From positions 1 to 42,845 of the forward strand of contig DUVG01000032.1 of assembly GCA_012841175.1 (NCBI GenBank): a DNA stretch of 42,845 nucleotides. The letters run 5' to 3'. The position numbers and the translations under genes are program-made. The stretch comes from Clostridium sp. (GTDB taxonomy: Bacteria > Bacillota > Clostridia > Acetivibrionales > Acetivibrionaceae). Within the stretch, counting starts at the first letter, position 1, and each line of letters opens with the position of its first letter. The notes beneath the pieces are model-generated. The model was not told where the DNA came from and did no database searches. It saw nothing but the letters and a program-made list of their open reading frames with translations. This document shows positions 28,381-37,358 of the stretch, piece by piece.

Positions 28381-29139
28381 ATGTATAAAGTGATGATTAT
28401 TGATGATGAAAGACCACTTCGAAACCTATTAAGAAATATTATAGAGAAAGAAGAAGATTTAGATGTAGAAGTGGCTGGAGAGGCAGCAGGTAGCATAGAA
28501 GCTATTAATACTATTGACGAGATAAAGCCTGATATAGCTTTTGTAGACATAAGGATGCCTTTTATGGATGGAATTGAATTTTCTAAAATAGCTATGAGAC
28601 GGTATCCGGATTTAAAAATAATAGTTTTATCAGCTTTTAGTGATTTTGAATGCGCAAGGGAATGTATTGGAATAGGTGTCTGTGATTACTTGCTAAAACC
28701 CATTAATAGTAAAGAGATAAGAAAAACACTATTAAAAGTGATAAATGATATAAATCTAAAAAAGTCATCAGAAGAAAAGTTGTTGACAGATGACGATTAT
28801 CAAATGGTTCATAAAAATGATACCGTTTGCAAAATAAAAAAATATATAGAAGAAAATTATGAACAGCCAGATTTAAATGTTGCATCCATTGCTCAAATCT
28901 TTGGTTTTAATGCAAGTTATTTAAGCAGACTATTTAAGGCAGAAACAGATAGTAACCTTATTGATTATATTAATGAATGCAGAATGAAAAAAGCAATTGA
29001 ATATGCAAAGAAGGGAACTTTGATGTACATAACTGCAAAAAATGTAGGAATTCCTGACCCTAATTATTTTGGTAAGTGTTTTAAGAAATATACTAACAAG
29101 AATTATTCAGAATTTAAAAAATATAAAGATGCAGAGTAA
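28381..29139 (+). CDS. YesN-type response regulator (receiver plus AraC HTH)
   Basis: IIDDE, DIRMPFMDG, YLLKP receiver; YLSRLFK...VGIPDPNYFGKCFKK AraC domain. Confidence 0.93.
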   Translation: MYKVMIIDDERPLRNLLRNIIEKEEDLDVEVAGEAAGSIEAINTIDEIKPDIAFVDIRMPFMDGIEFSKIAMRRYPDLKIIVLSAFSDFECARECIGIGVCDYLLKPINSKEIRKTLLKVINDINLKKSSEEKLLTDDDYQMVHKNDTVCKIKKYIEENYEQPDLNVASIAQIFGFNASYLSRLFKAETDSNLIDYINECRMKKAIEYAKKGTLMYITAKNVGIPDPNYFGKCFKKYTNKNYSEFKKYKDAE

Positions 29140-29165
29140 ACTTCTTTTATAATAATTTAAAAATA

Positions 29166-29200
29166 AAAGCCAGGATAACATGTGTTTTATCCCGGCTTTT
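29166..29200. terminator. Bidirectional terminator
   Basis: aaaagccaggataa...ttatcccggctttt. Confidence 0.7.
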
Positions 29201-29240
29201 AAAAATTACAAGAAGGAGTTTCATTTATCATTTCAAAGAA

Positions 29241-30311
29241 TTAAATGCCTTCTGAGTTATATAGAGTTTCAACAAATAAAGTGTTATTTGTATTAACATC
29301 TATTTTGTATAAATCATACTTTTCTTGAGTTCCTCTTCTCACAGTCAGTATATAATAGATAGACTCTCCATCATATACAAAACCATTTAAATATGAATTT
29401 ACTGGAGTTTCTGATTCAGTATTAGGAGTATGCTCACTTATTAAATTAAGTACATCATTAGCTTTGCTTATTGAGAATATTCTAATGGTTCTTGGTTGTT
29501 CAATACTTTGAGTATCAAAATATAGTGTATCATTTATAAAATATTTTGAAGTTTTAACAATTGTATCAGGATAATCAATGCTTAAAAATGAATCCAGCTC
29601 AGACTGATTATAAGGATATTGTAATATAAATTTACTATGATAATTGTCATTAGTTAATTTTGCAACATCCTTGCCGTCTATAGAAGTTATAATGTAATTT
29701 GTTTCAAAAGAACCTGTAGCCTCACCACGATCATTGGTCTTACCATCTGGTATAAAAACTATTGGTTGATAAAGTACAACATCATTAACTACAAGCATTG
29801 AACTAACTCTTTGACATTCGTAAGAATGAATTTCTTTTTTATTGTCACCATTAAAAGCCATTTTAACAATTTGATGTTTTGCATTACGATTAGTTTTAGT
29901 ATCATCTGTAATGTCAGTCCTAGCATAATATAGTTCACCTTTGTAAACGTTTATATTGGATATTTTTCCTGTATCTAGCTCAAATTTATTAGAACCATCT
30001 TTATTCACTCTGTATAAACCATTGTTGTCAGAATAGAAAAGATATTGATCTGATACTGCTAAAATTTTAGAGTTAGATGCATTCTTGATATCATTGTCAA
30101 CAACAAAAGACTCATTTAGTTTTTCCTCTAACTTATTAGATATATTCCTTCCATCAGATCCATTAGATGATGGACTTGAAGCTAATTTGATAGCAACAAC
30201 AAGAATAAGAATAATAACAGCAATAGATACTACAGTTAATATAATTTTTTTTGGCTGTTTATTGTTGGTATTTGGATTTGAATTTCCAAACAATGGTATT
30301 TCGCTACTCAT
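29241..30311 (-). CDS. Single-TM-anchored DUF5050-like beta-propeller protein
   Basis: N-terminal TM; LFYSDNNGLYRVNKDGS...INVYKGELYY repeats typical of DUF5050. AGGAGG RBS. Confidence 0.7.
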   Translation of the reverse strand: MSSEIPLFGNSNPNTNNKQPKKIILTVVSIAVIILILVVAIKLASSPSSNGSDGRNISNKLEEKLNESFVVDNDIKNASNSKILAVSDQYLFYSDNNGLYRVNKDGSNKFELDTGKISNINVYKGELYYARTDITDDTKTNRNAKHQIVKMAFNGDNKKEIHSYECQRVSSMLVVNDVVLYQPIVFIPDGKTNDRGEATGSFETNYIITSIDGKDVAKLTNDNYHSKFILQYPYNQSELDSFLSIDYPDTIVKTSKYFINDTLYFDTQSIEQPRTIRIFSISKANDVLNLISEHTPNTESETPVNSYLNGFVYDGESIYYILTVRRGTQEKYDLYKIDVNTNNTLFVETLYNSEGI

Positions 30312-30563
30312 TATTAGACCTCCTGGTAAAATTCTTTTGTTTTTTATTTTTTAAATGTACATTATTGTTAGTAAAACAACAATAATTTTAATACTAGATT
30401 ATTATAACACAAAAACAGCGAATATTGTATAGCTTTTATTTAACAAATTTTAATAATAGTACTTTATTAATAAAAATTTAATGTTTAAGTTTTTATAAAA
30501 ATGTGTTATTATATAAAATATCGGATTTTAGAAAAGAATTTATTATAAGTGGAGGGAAATTCG

Positions 30564-32039
30564 GTGAAAAAGATATTTTTTATTACATTATTATTGTGCA
30601 TTGTTTTAATTGGGTGTTCTAAAGAGTTAACAGATCAATATGTTTTGGAGGAAAAAGTTGAAACAGTTCCTTCAGGAGATTCAGAATCAACTATACGTTA
30701 TCCTGTTATAACAGGCTTAAATGACAAAAAGGTTGAAAAAAAAGTAAATGATGATATAGATGAAAGAATCAGTGGATTTAAAAGAGGACTTGAAAACTTT
30801 AAAGAAATTGCTGAGATGGAAAACGATACTATAGATGTAAAATATGAAGTTGCATATAAATCAAAGGAAATATTAAGTATAAAGTTTGAAGTTATATCTT
30901 ATATGAGAAGTTTCGGAGTAGAAGACCATGTTCTTATAGGTAAGAATTACAATTTGAAAACAGGGGAACTTTTAGAATTAAAAGATATTTTAAAAGGAGA
31001 TTATAAAAGCCAATTAGATGCAAAGATAGAATCTAAGTTTTCAGAACTAGATGTGGAGTTGGTAAAAAAGTTTGAAGGAATTAACGAAAAATCAGAGTTT
31101 TATATAAAAGACAATAGTTTAGTATTTTTCTTTAGTGCTGTTGAATATATAAATGAGGTAGGTCAGTCATTGGAAATTGAAATTCCATTTAATGAGATAA
31201 GTGAAGTTTTAAAAGAGCCGCTGGCATTTGGGCGGGATACCAGCCCAGAACTAGACAACTACAACATAGCGATTAATGATAAAACAAAGCCTTTCGAGGC
31301 TTTGTTTTTTATTGGGGAAAATATTAGAAATGTATCAGGAAAAGATTCTACCACAATGATTTTAAGTTTTGAAGAAATACAAGAAAAATATATAGGAATA
31401 TATGAAGAAATTTTAATTGACAGTGAAACACAAGAAAAGCTTTTTGAAGTTTTTGGAAATACATTTGAGAAAGATAAGCTTAATGAATTAGGGGATGATG
31501 ATTTAAAAACATTGTTGACAGAAATAATAAATGGTGGTTATATGATAATAAATTTAGAAGGGTTATTTACTATAGTTCAAGATTATAGAGTTTTAGAGGA
31601 GTACGCTGGATATTTGCCCGATGATATAAAAGATTATATTTACCTTAAAGCAAATGAATCTAAGGATTTACAAGAACTAAAAATAGGAGGAACTTTGTCT
31701 TTTAAGCAAATAAAAGATAGAATAATAAAATATGAAGATTATATAAAAACATATCCTGAGACTATAAAAGAATACGTAGTTAGTAGAGAGCATATGCATC
31801 TTTTACATTCATATTTTTTTGGTTTTGATGGGATGCCAGCTTTTGATTATGCCACAAATAAAATTAATGATGAATTGCTTCAAAGTTATAAAGAGTTTGT
31901 TAGTGTGAATAGCAACTCAGAGACAGCCAAAATAATTGAAGGCTATTTAGAGGTGTTAGAAAGAAATAATTATACTTTGTGTGAAGAAGTAGAAGAGTAT
32001 AGAAAAAGTTTTTCAAGTATAAATGAAAATTATTTTTAA
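30564..32039 (+). CDS. Lipoprotein with DUF4163/DUF3298 (PdaC/RsiV-like) N-domain and an unknown helical C-domain
   Basis: GTG 30564 behind GGAGGG; lipobox LIG-C. IRYPVITG, YNLKTGELLELKDI, FYIKDNSLVFFF and EIPF motifs. Confidence 0.75.
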   Translation: MKKIFFITLLLCIVLIGCSKELTDQYVLEEKVETVPSGDSESTIRYPVITGLNDKKVEKKVNDDIDERISGFKRGLENFKEIAEMENDTIDVKYEVAYKSKEILSIKFEVISYMRSFGVEDHVLIGKNYNLKTGELLELKDILKGDYKSQLDAKIESKFSELDVELVKKFEGINEKSEFYIKDNSLVFFFSAVEYINEVGQSLEIEIPFNEISEVLKEPLAFGRDTSPELDNYNIAINDKTKPFEALFFIGENIRNVSGKDSTTMILSFEEIQEKYIGIYEEILIDSETQEKLFEVFGNTFEKDKLNELGDDDLKTLLTEIINGGYMIINLEGLFTIVQDYRVLEEYAGYLPDDIKDYIYLKANESKDLQELKIGGTLSFKQIKDRIIKYEDYIKTYPETIKEYVVSREHMHLLHSYFFGFDGMPAFDYATNKINDELLQSYKEFVSVNSNSETAKIIEGYLEVLERNNYTLCEEVEEYRKSFSSINENYF

Positions 32040-32067
32040 ATAGAATTATAAAAATCTAGCATGAATT

Positions 32068-34311
32068 TTATTGCATTGTCTTTTTCTTTTTATCTGTTAT
32101 TATTTTATGGATTTTGGGGTAACCTTTAGAGGTATAGACTTTTAATGCTTCATCATAGCTTGCTTTGGCAAGTTTTTTGTTTTCCTTTGTCTTTTGTAGT
32201 TCTCCAAGGTAAACATAGCTGTCACCAAGTTTTATGTGGATATCCCCATAGGATTCAGGAGTTGTATCAATGGAATAATACATCAGAGTATCCTTATAGG
32301 AGTTTATACTTTTTATAATATTTTCTGCTGGATTCTCAATACCAGCTTTAACAAAGTAGGCATCACCAAGGACTGTTTTTATATTGGCAAAATAATAAGG
32401 TGAGGCTTCTAGGGTAAATATCTCTAGTGCAGTCTCACATGCTTCAATGGCCTTGTCTATATTTTCTAATGGTTGGATATCCAATTTAGTAAGTTTTATT
32501 AGTGCGGAAGCAAGGTACCCCTGGACATATGCAAAATAAACCGGATCGGTTTGTGGATTATATACTGTCAATGACGTTTCAAAGCATTTAATAGCTTCGT
32601 TTAAGTTATTTTCAGGTTCACTTATATTGCTAAGGTCCATGTATGTTTTTCCAAGTTCAATGTTTGTGGTGGCAAAATTATCCAGATATTTTTCCGGTGT
32701 AGAAATCTTCAAAGAATTTTCAAAGGACTTTAGTGCCTTAAAATAGTATTCTTCCTCTCCATTTATTTCTGCAATAACTCTATAGGCACCTCCCATATAA
32801 TATTGAAGCTGTGAATAATACAAGGGATATTGCTCAATGGTATATACCTTTGCTGCTTCATTAAGGGCTTCAATAGCTTTTTTAGCAAATTCCGCCGAAT
32901 TTGTAAAATGGGACATCTGTATATATAATACGGACAACTGGGTTTGTACATATGCATAATTTGCTGGGGAGGTATCTAAGCTGCAATATTTTAGAGATTC
33001 ATCAAAGGCAGAAATACTTGCCTCAAAGATTTCATTTGATGGATTAATACTCATGAAATTCTGATAAACAATTCCGATATAGCATTGAATTCGAACATAT
33101 TTGCTAGGGTCATCTTTGGCATCTATGCATTTTAAGGCATCCTGAAAGGCTTCTAAAGAAGTATAAATATCCTTTATGTTGTTAGAACTTGAGAATATAC
33201 GCATATAAATAATTCCCTGAATCTCTTTGGCATCTGCATACTCATAGGGTGTTGTTTCAAAAGTGAATATACTAAGGGCTTCTTCACAGGACTTTAATCC
33301 CTGTTCTAGGTTCTTGTTAGGTTCCTTCACAAGAGCTAATGTGTAATGGTAATATGCTTTATAAATTTGAGTATATGCATAGTCGTAGGAATTCTTTTCT
33401 TTATCATATAATTTCAGGGCTTTATCCATTGCAGCTAGTGACTTGGATAAATTAATTTCCATATTCCTTACGTTTGAGTAATAAGCATAGGCCCTTCCCA
33501 TACCTTTATATGCATGGGCAATGTATAAAGAATACTTTTGGTCTTGTATCTTATCTAATACTTCTTGAAAAATAGATATTGCTTTTAATGAATTTTCTTC
33601 CTTATTAATGATATGAGATAAACTTATATAAGCGTTTGCCATATTAATCATAGTATGGGCATATTCTTCAGGATTTTTTTCACTTGAAATACCTTGTAGT
33701 ATCTCTTCATACCTTTTTATAGCACCCCAATAATTATGGTTTTCTAAGAGGATGTTGGCATTTTCGATTTCCTGATATGCTCCCTTATCATATTTTTTTA
33801 AAACACTTACAATTAGGTTGTTTCCTGCAACAAGAAAATTATTATTACCAGAGACAGAAACATTTGCCTCGTTTTTAGTAACAAAATAAAGGGTTTTTTC
33901 TTTATCTTCAACATCTATACTTATGTTCAAGGTCTCACATATTATCTGGGAAGTTACGTATATTCTTCCGTTGATAATTGAAGGGGGAACTAGAAGGGGC
34001 AACATTTTGCCATTGATCTGTGCGGTTTTGCTTCCCACTTGTATTACTACCTTTTTGTCCGCTTTTGTACATGAAGCTGTCTTATGGGTATTATCCCACT
34101 GTACATGGAATCCAAAAAGCTCATAAATTTCTCTTAGGGGCAATAATAAATTTTCTTGCAACCTTATAGGTGCCATGGTAAATTGCACAGGATGTCCATT
34201 TATTTGTACATTATACTCCTGGGATGCTTCTGCTTTCTGTACATACAGTAAAGACAGTATTAGAATTAGGGATGTAAATAAAACTGGCAAAAATATTTTT
34301 TTCTTTTTCAT
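32068..34311 (-). CDS. Exported protein: signal peptide, copper-amine-oxidase-like N-terminal (stalk) domain, shared 21-aa motif, about 12 TPR-like repeats
   Basis: Signal ending AEA-SQ; LLPLREIYELFGFHVQWD...TAQING...PSIINGRIYV stalk domain; about 47-aa repeats AIxxxExALxxYTxExxPxxYAxxxxxLGxAY. Confidence 0.85.
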   Translation of the reverse strand: MKKKKIFLPVLFTSLILILSLLYVQKAEASQEYNVQINGHPVQFTMAPIRLQENLLLPLREIYELFGFHVQWDNTHKTASCTKADKKVVIQVGSKTAQINGKMLPLLVPPSIINGRIYVTSQIICETLNISIDVEDKEKTLYFVTKNEANVSVSGNNNFLVAGNNLIVSVLKKYDKGAYQEIENANILLENHNYWGAIKRYEEILQGISSEKNPEEYAHTMINMANAYISLSHIINKEENSLKAISIFQEVLDKIQDQKYSLYIAHAYKGMGRAYAYYSNVRNMEINLSKSLAAMDKALKLYDKEKNSYDYAYTQIYKAYYHYTLALVKEPNKNLEQGLKSCEEALSIFTFETTPYEYADAKEIQGIIYMRIFSSSNNIKDIYTSLEAFQDALKCIDAKDDPSKYVRIQCYIGIVYQNFMSINPSNEIFEASISAFDESLKYCSLDTSPANYAYVQTQLSVLYIQMSHFTNSAEFAKKAIEALNEAAKVYTIEQYPLYYSQLQYYMGGAYRVIAEINGEEEYYFKALKSFENSLKISTPEKYLDNFATTNIELGKTYMDLSNISEPENNLNEAIKCFETSLTVYNPQTDPVYFAYVQGYLASALIKLTKLDIQPLENIDKAIEACETALEIFTLEASPYYFANIKTVLGDAYFVKAGIENPAENIIKSINSYKDTLMYYSIDTTPESYGDIHIKLGDSYVYLGELQKTKENKKLAKASYDEALKVYTSKGYPKIHKIITDKKKKTMQ

Positions 34312-35915
34312 TTCTGTTTACCAACTTCCTTTTTGGTTTCAATTTCATATTTATGGGTTTCTAACTTTTCAATGGCCCAAAGGGTTTGCTCATAATGCCT
34401 TGGGTATTCTAAAGGGTTTAAAACTTCAAAGCTGTTTTCATATGCCATAGAGGCTTCATATAAATATTTATCACTGGTTTCCAATAGAGATAAAAGTATT
34501 TTTAAGCTGCCAAGTTCATAATTTGTCACAGCATAGAGGAAAGGGGAGCGTTCTTTTGAATAGAACTGTAAAGTCTCCTCATATTCTTTTTCTGCTCTAA
34601 ATAAATATTCAGCATTTCCAAAAATTTTGTAGCATTTAGTGTACATATCTCCTAAATATTTATGGACCTTTGCATAATTTAAAGGGTAGCTTTCGGCAGT
34701 CCAAACCTTTAATGCCTCATTAAAATTGTTTATTGCTTTTTCTGGAGTATTTATTTTCTGTATGTTCTTTTCCTCTAAAAAGTGTAGTTCTTCAAGGATA
34801 CTGTGGATGGTACCTAAATGAAAGTGTATAGTTGCATAAGAATATGGGGTTTTGTCCAATGAATATTTATCTAGCAGCATTTCAAAAACATCTCTTGATG
34901 CTAAAAAACACTCTTTTGAAAGATCCACTAATCCTAAGTTATAATAAACCTTTCCCATATTATATTGAATTAGAGCATAATCCATAGGGTGGGTAGAAAG
35001 GTTGTAGTACTTCAATGCCTTTTCATAATAAACTGAAGCTTCTACAAGGTATGAATTATTGCCGGTAATATCATATAAATTTTTGTACCCACTTCCTAGA
35101 TTATTAAGTATTATGCTGTAATTTGCAGTATCATCAATATCAATGAAATGTTCCATAGCCTCAAGGTAGGAGCTGATTGCACTTTGGATATTACTTTTAG
35201 TATCCTTGTATTCAGCAAGCTTTTGGTATGCATTTCCACAATTGTTCATTACATGAGCGTAAATGTCTGGCATTTCTTCCTTTGAAAGGTTGTCCAAAAT
35301 ATCATTATACTTGTCCAAAGCTTCTTGTGTATCATTTAAGGAAAGAAGCCGGTCTGCAAAACTAAGCATATCGCTAATAGTATAGATATCCCATGGTTCA
35401 AAAATGTTTATAATCATACTTTCTCCAATTATAACGATGTTACTGCCTCCATTTACTGTGACGCTTGTTGTATCTTTATCTGAAGTGATAATTATATTGT
35501 CTTTTTTATTCCATCTGACTTTAAGACCAAACTCCTTTGTTATAAATTTCTTTGGTACATAGCTCATATTTCTTATAATGGTTAAGGGTTCATCCATTAT
35601 AGAATATTTGCCGTCAATTTCAACCATTGTGCTGTCTAATTTAAAATGAATAACCCTGTTATTATTTGTACAGATAACAGTCTTTAATTGTTCATCCCAA
35701 CTAACTGTCCATCCTAAAGCCTCAAAAATGCTTCTTAAGGGAATATATATAGTGCCATTTATATTTTCTGGACGGGCATTTTTAATATTAAGGCTCTCTG
35801 TAGTTAATTTTATATCTTTTGCAACGACTGTTTTGTTATTTTGTATCAAACAGAAAAATGTAGCAAAAACTGTAAACGCAATCAACAACAGTATTCTTTT
35901 TTTTCTATCTCTCAT
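34308..35915 (-). CDS. Exported paralog: signal peptide, stalk domain, shared 21-aa motif, about 7-8 TPR-like repeats
   Basis: ATG 35915 behind AGGGTG; IYIPLRSIFEALGWTVSWD stalk domain; YAHVMNNCGNAY, YSIILNNLGSGY, YALIQYNMGKVY repeats. ATGA overlap with the next gene. Confidence 0.85.
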   Translation of the reverse strand: MRDRKKRILLLIAFTVFATFFCLIQNNKTVVAKDIKLTTESLNIKNARPENINGTIYIPLRSIFEALGWTVSWDEQLKTVICTNNNRVIHFKLDSTMVEIDGKYSIMDEPLTIIRNMSYVPKKFITKEFGLKVRWNKKDNIIITSDKDTTSVTVNGGSNIVIIGESMIINIFEPWDIYTISDMLSFADRLLSLNDTQEALDKYNDILDNLSKEEMPDIYAHVMNNCGNAYQKLAEYKDTKSNIQSAISSYLEAMEHFIDIDDTANYSIILNNLGSGYKNLYDITGNNSYLVEASVYYEKALKYYNLSTHPMDYALIQYNMGKVYYNLGLVDLSKECFLASRDVFEMLLDKYSLDKTPYSYATIHFHLGTIHSILEELHFLEEKNIQKINTPEKAINNFNEALKVWTAESYPLNYAKVHKYLGDMYTKCYKIFGNAEYLFRAEKEYEETLQFYSKERSPFLYAVTNYELGSLKILLSLLETSDKYLYEASMAYENSFEVLNPLEYPRHYEQTLWAIEKLETHKYEIETKKEVGKQK

Positions 35916-35970
35916 AAATATCACCCTACAAAATATTCTAAATATTCAATACATACCTAAAGTCATAAAA

Positions 35971-37092
35971 TCAATTAGTTTCAATACTGACAGCGTTTTG
36001 CTCCCCCACTATCAAATTAAGGTTTTCACCACTAATTTGAATATTGAAGTTATTCCAGCTGTTGATTTCCGTATTATTTGTTGTAGTTTTCTCAGAGCTG
36101 TTAACAACATTATTTGTTATAGTTTGTTCAAAGTTTTCATTGGTGTTATCTATTTCATTACCAACAGCTTCATTTTCTTTTTGTTTATCTTTCTCCTGAT
36201 TATCTTCTTCCTGATTATCTTCCTCCTGTTTGCCTTCTTCCTTTAGACTGTTAATTTCTTTTGGCTCAGCCTCATATGTAGGAGTAGGTAGTGGCTGAGA
36301 AGCAGATGATTCCATTTCATCTGCAGCAGGTTCATTGTATTCCTGATAGTTTTCCAAAGAATTTAAGTCATTTTCTAAATGGTCGGATTCATCATATACA
36401 TTATGACTTTTTGAAGCATAAGCAAAAGGATTAATTTTTGAAGTATCTACAGAAAAAACAATTAACCCACCTAAAATTACCCATACTAGCAATACTCCTA
36501 AAGCGGTGCTTCCTTTAAAAAAGTTTGCAATTCTTAATGTTTCCCTTTTAGGAAAAAGATTTAATTTTCCCTTGAATTCTATTTCTGAATCGGAAACTAA
36601 TTTTTGCAAATTTATATTATTTCCTTCAGGAAGAATAAAATCAAGATCTACAGTACCGGAATAAGTTTCTTTTCTTTTTGTCTGTGGCTCTTTTTTTACA
36701 ATGCTTGGAGTTCTTTTTTCTTTTTCAGAGCGATAATATATATTCTTTCCATCATAATCTGGCATTGAGACACTTATGGCCTCTTTTAGAAATTCACTGA
36801 AGTCCTGGGTATTGATAATAATATCCTTAATCTTGCTTTTGATTGGTGTATTTTCAAGTAATTGCTCAATATCGTCCCGTATCAATTCTTTTTGGGAAAG
36901 TGTAGCTTCGTTATTTACAAATTCTACAATTCTAATAATATCATCGTTTTTGGGATATGCTACGTTATTTCGCCATTTGGATATAATGGATACATCCTTT
37001 AACAGATATCCGTCAGCAAGAATTCTTGCATTCTTCTTAGTATACTTAAAAATAATTTCTAACAGTGTTTTCATATTATAAATGTTGCTCAT
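35971..37092 (-). CDS. Bitopic membrane protein: N-terminal XRE-like HTH, one TM, acidic low-complexity stalk, C-terminal 21-aa motif
   Basis: ATG 37092 behind GAGGGG. NARILADGYLLKDVSIISKWRNNVAYP is HTH-like; TM ALGVLLVWVILGGLIVFSV; E/N/Q-rich linker. Confidence 0.7.
   Translation of the reverse strand: MSNIYNMKTLLEIIFKYTKKNARILADGYLLKDVSIISKWRNNVAYPKNDDIIRIVEFVNNEATLSQKELIRDDIEQLLENTPIKSKIKDIIINTQDFSEFLKEAISVSMPDYDGKNIYYRSEKEKRTPSIVKKEPQTKRKETYSGTVDLDFILPEGNNINLQKLVSDSEIEFKGKLNLFPKRETLRIANFFKGSTALGVLLVWVILGGLIVFSVDTSKINPFAYASKSHNVYDESDHLENDLNSLENYQEYNEPAADEMESSASQPLPTPTYEAEPKEINSLKEEGKQEEDNQEEDNQEKDKQKENEAVGNEIDNTNENFEQTITNNVVNSSEKTTTNNTEINSWNNFNIQISGENLNLIVGEQNAVSIETN
36181..36232 (-). repeat. 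15-bp coding tandem repeat (QEEDN-like units)
   Basis: Encodes QEEDNQEEDNQEKDKQ within the acidic stalk. Confidence 0.7.
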
Positions 37093-37277
37093 TGTAATCA
37101 CCCCTCGTGAAATACTGGTGTAATTTTCTAATAATAATTCATTGACCTTACTTCAGTGGTTATTTTTGCTTTTCTAAATTTATCATACATATTATACACT
37201 ACATTTATGAAGAAATACATCACAAAATATTAATATTTGTATTTTTTTTAGATAGAAATAAAAAGCCAAAAGGGTAT

Positions 37278-37300
37278 AGGCTGGAGATTTTCTCCAGCCT
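37278..37300 (-). terminator. Hairpin downstream of the S8 peptidase gene
   Basis: aggctggaga-ttt-tctccagcct perfect 10-bp stem. Confidence 0.65.
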
Positions 37301-37358
37301 TCAACAATACTTTATTTGTCTATTAATTTTAAAACAATTCAGCAACCATGCCTTTGAT

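Noticed and set aside
35728-36246. 172-aa hydrophobic plus-strand ORF
   Set aside because: Antisense shadow of the acidic/Asn-rich stalk and the TPR-A 5' end; its hydrophobicity comes from complementing GAA/AAT-rich codons.
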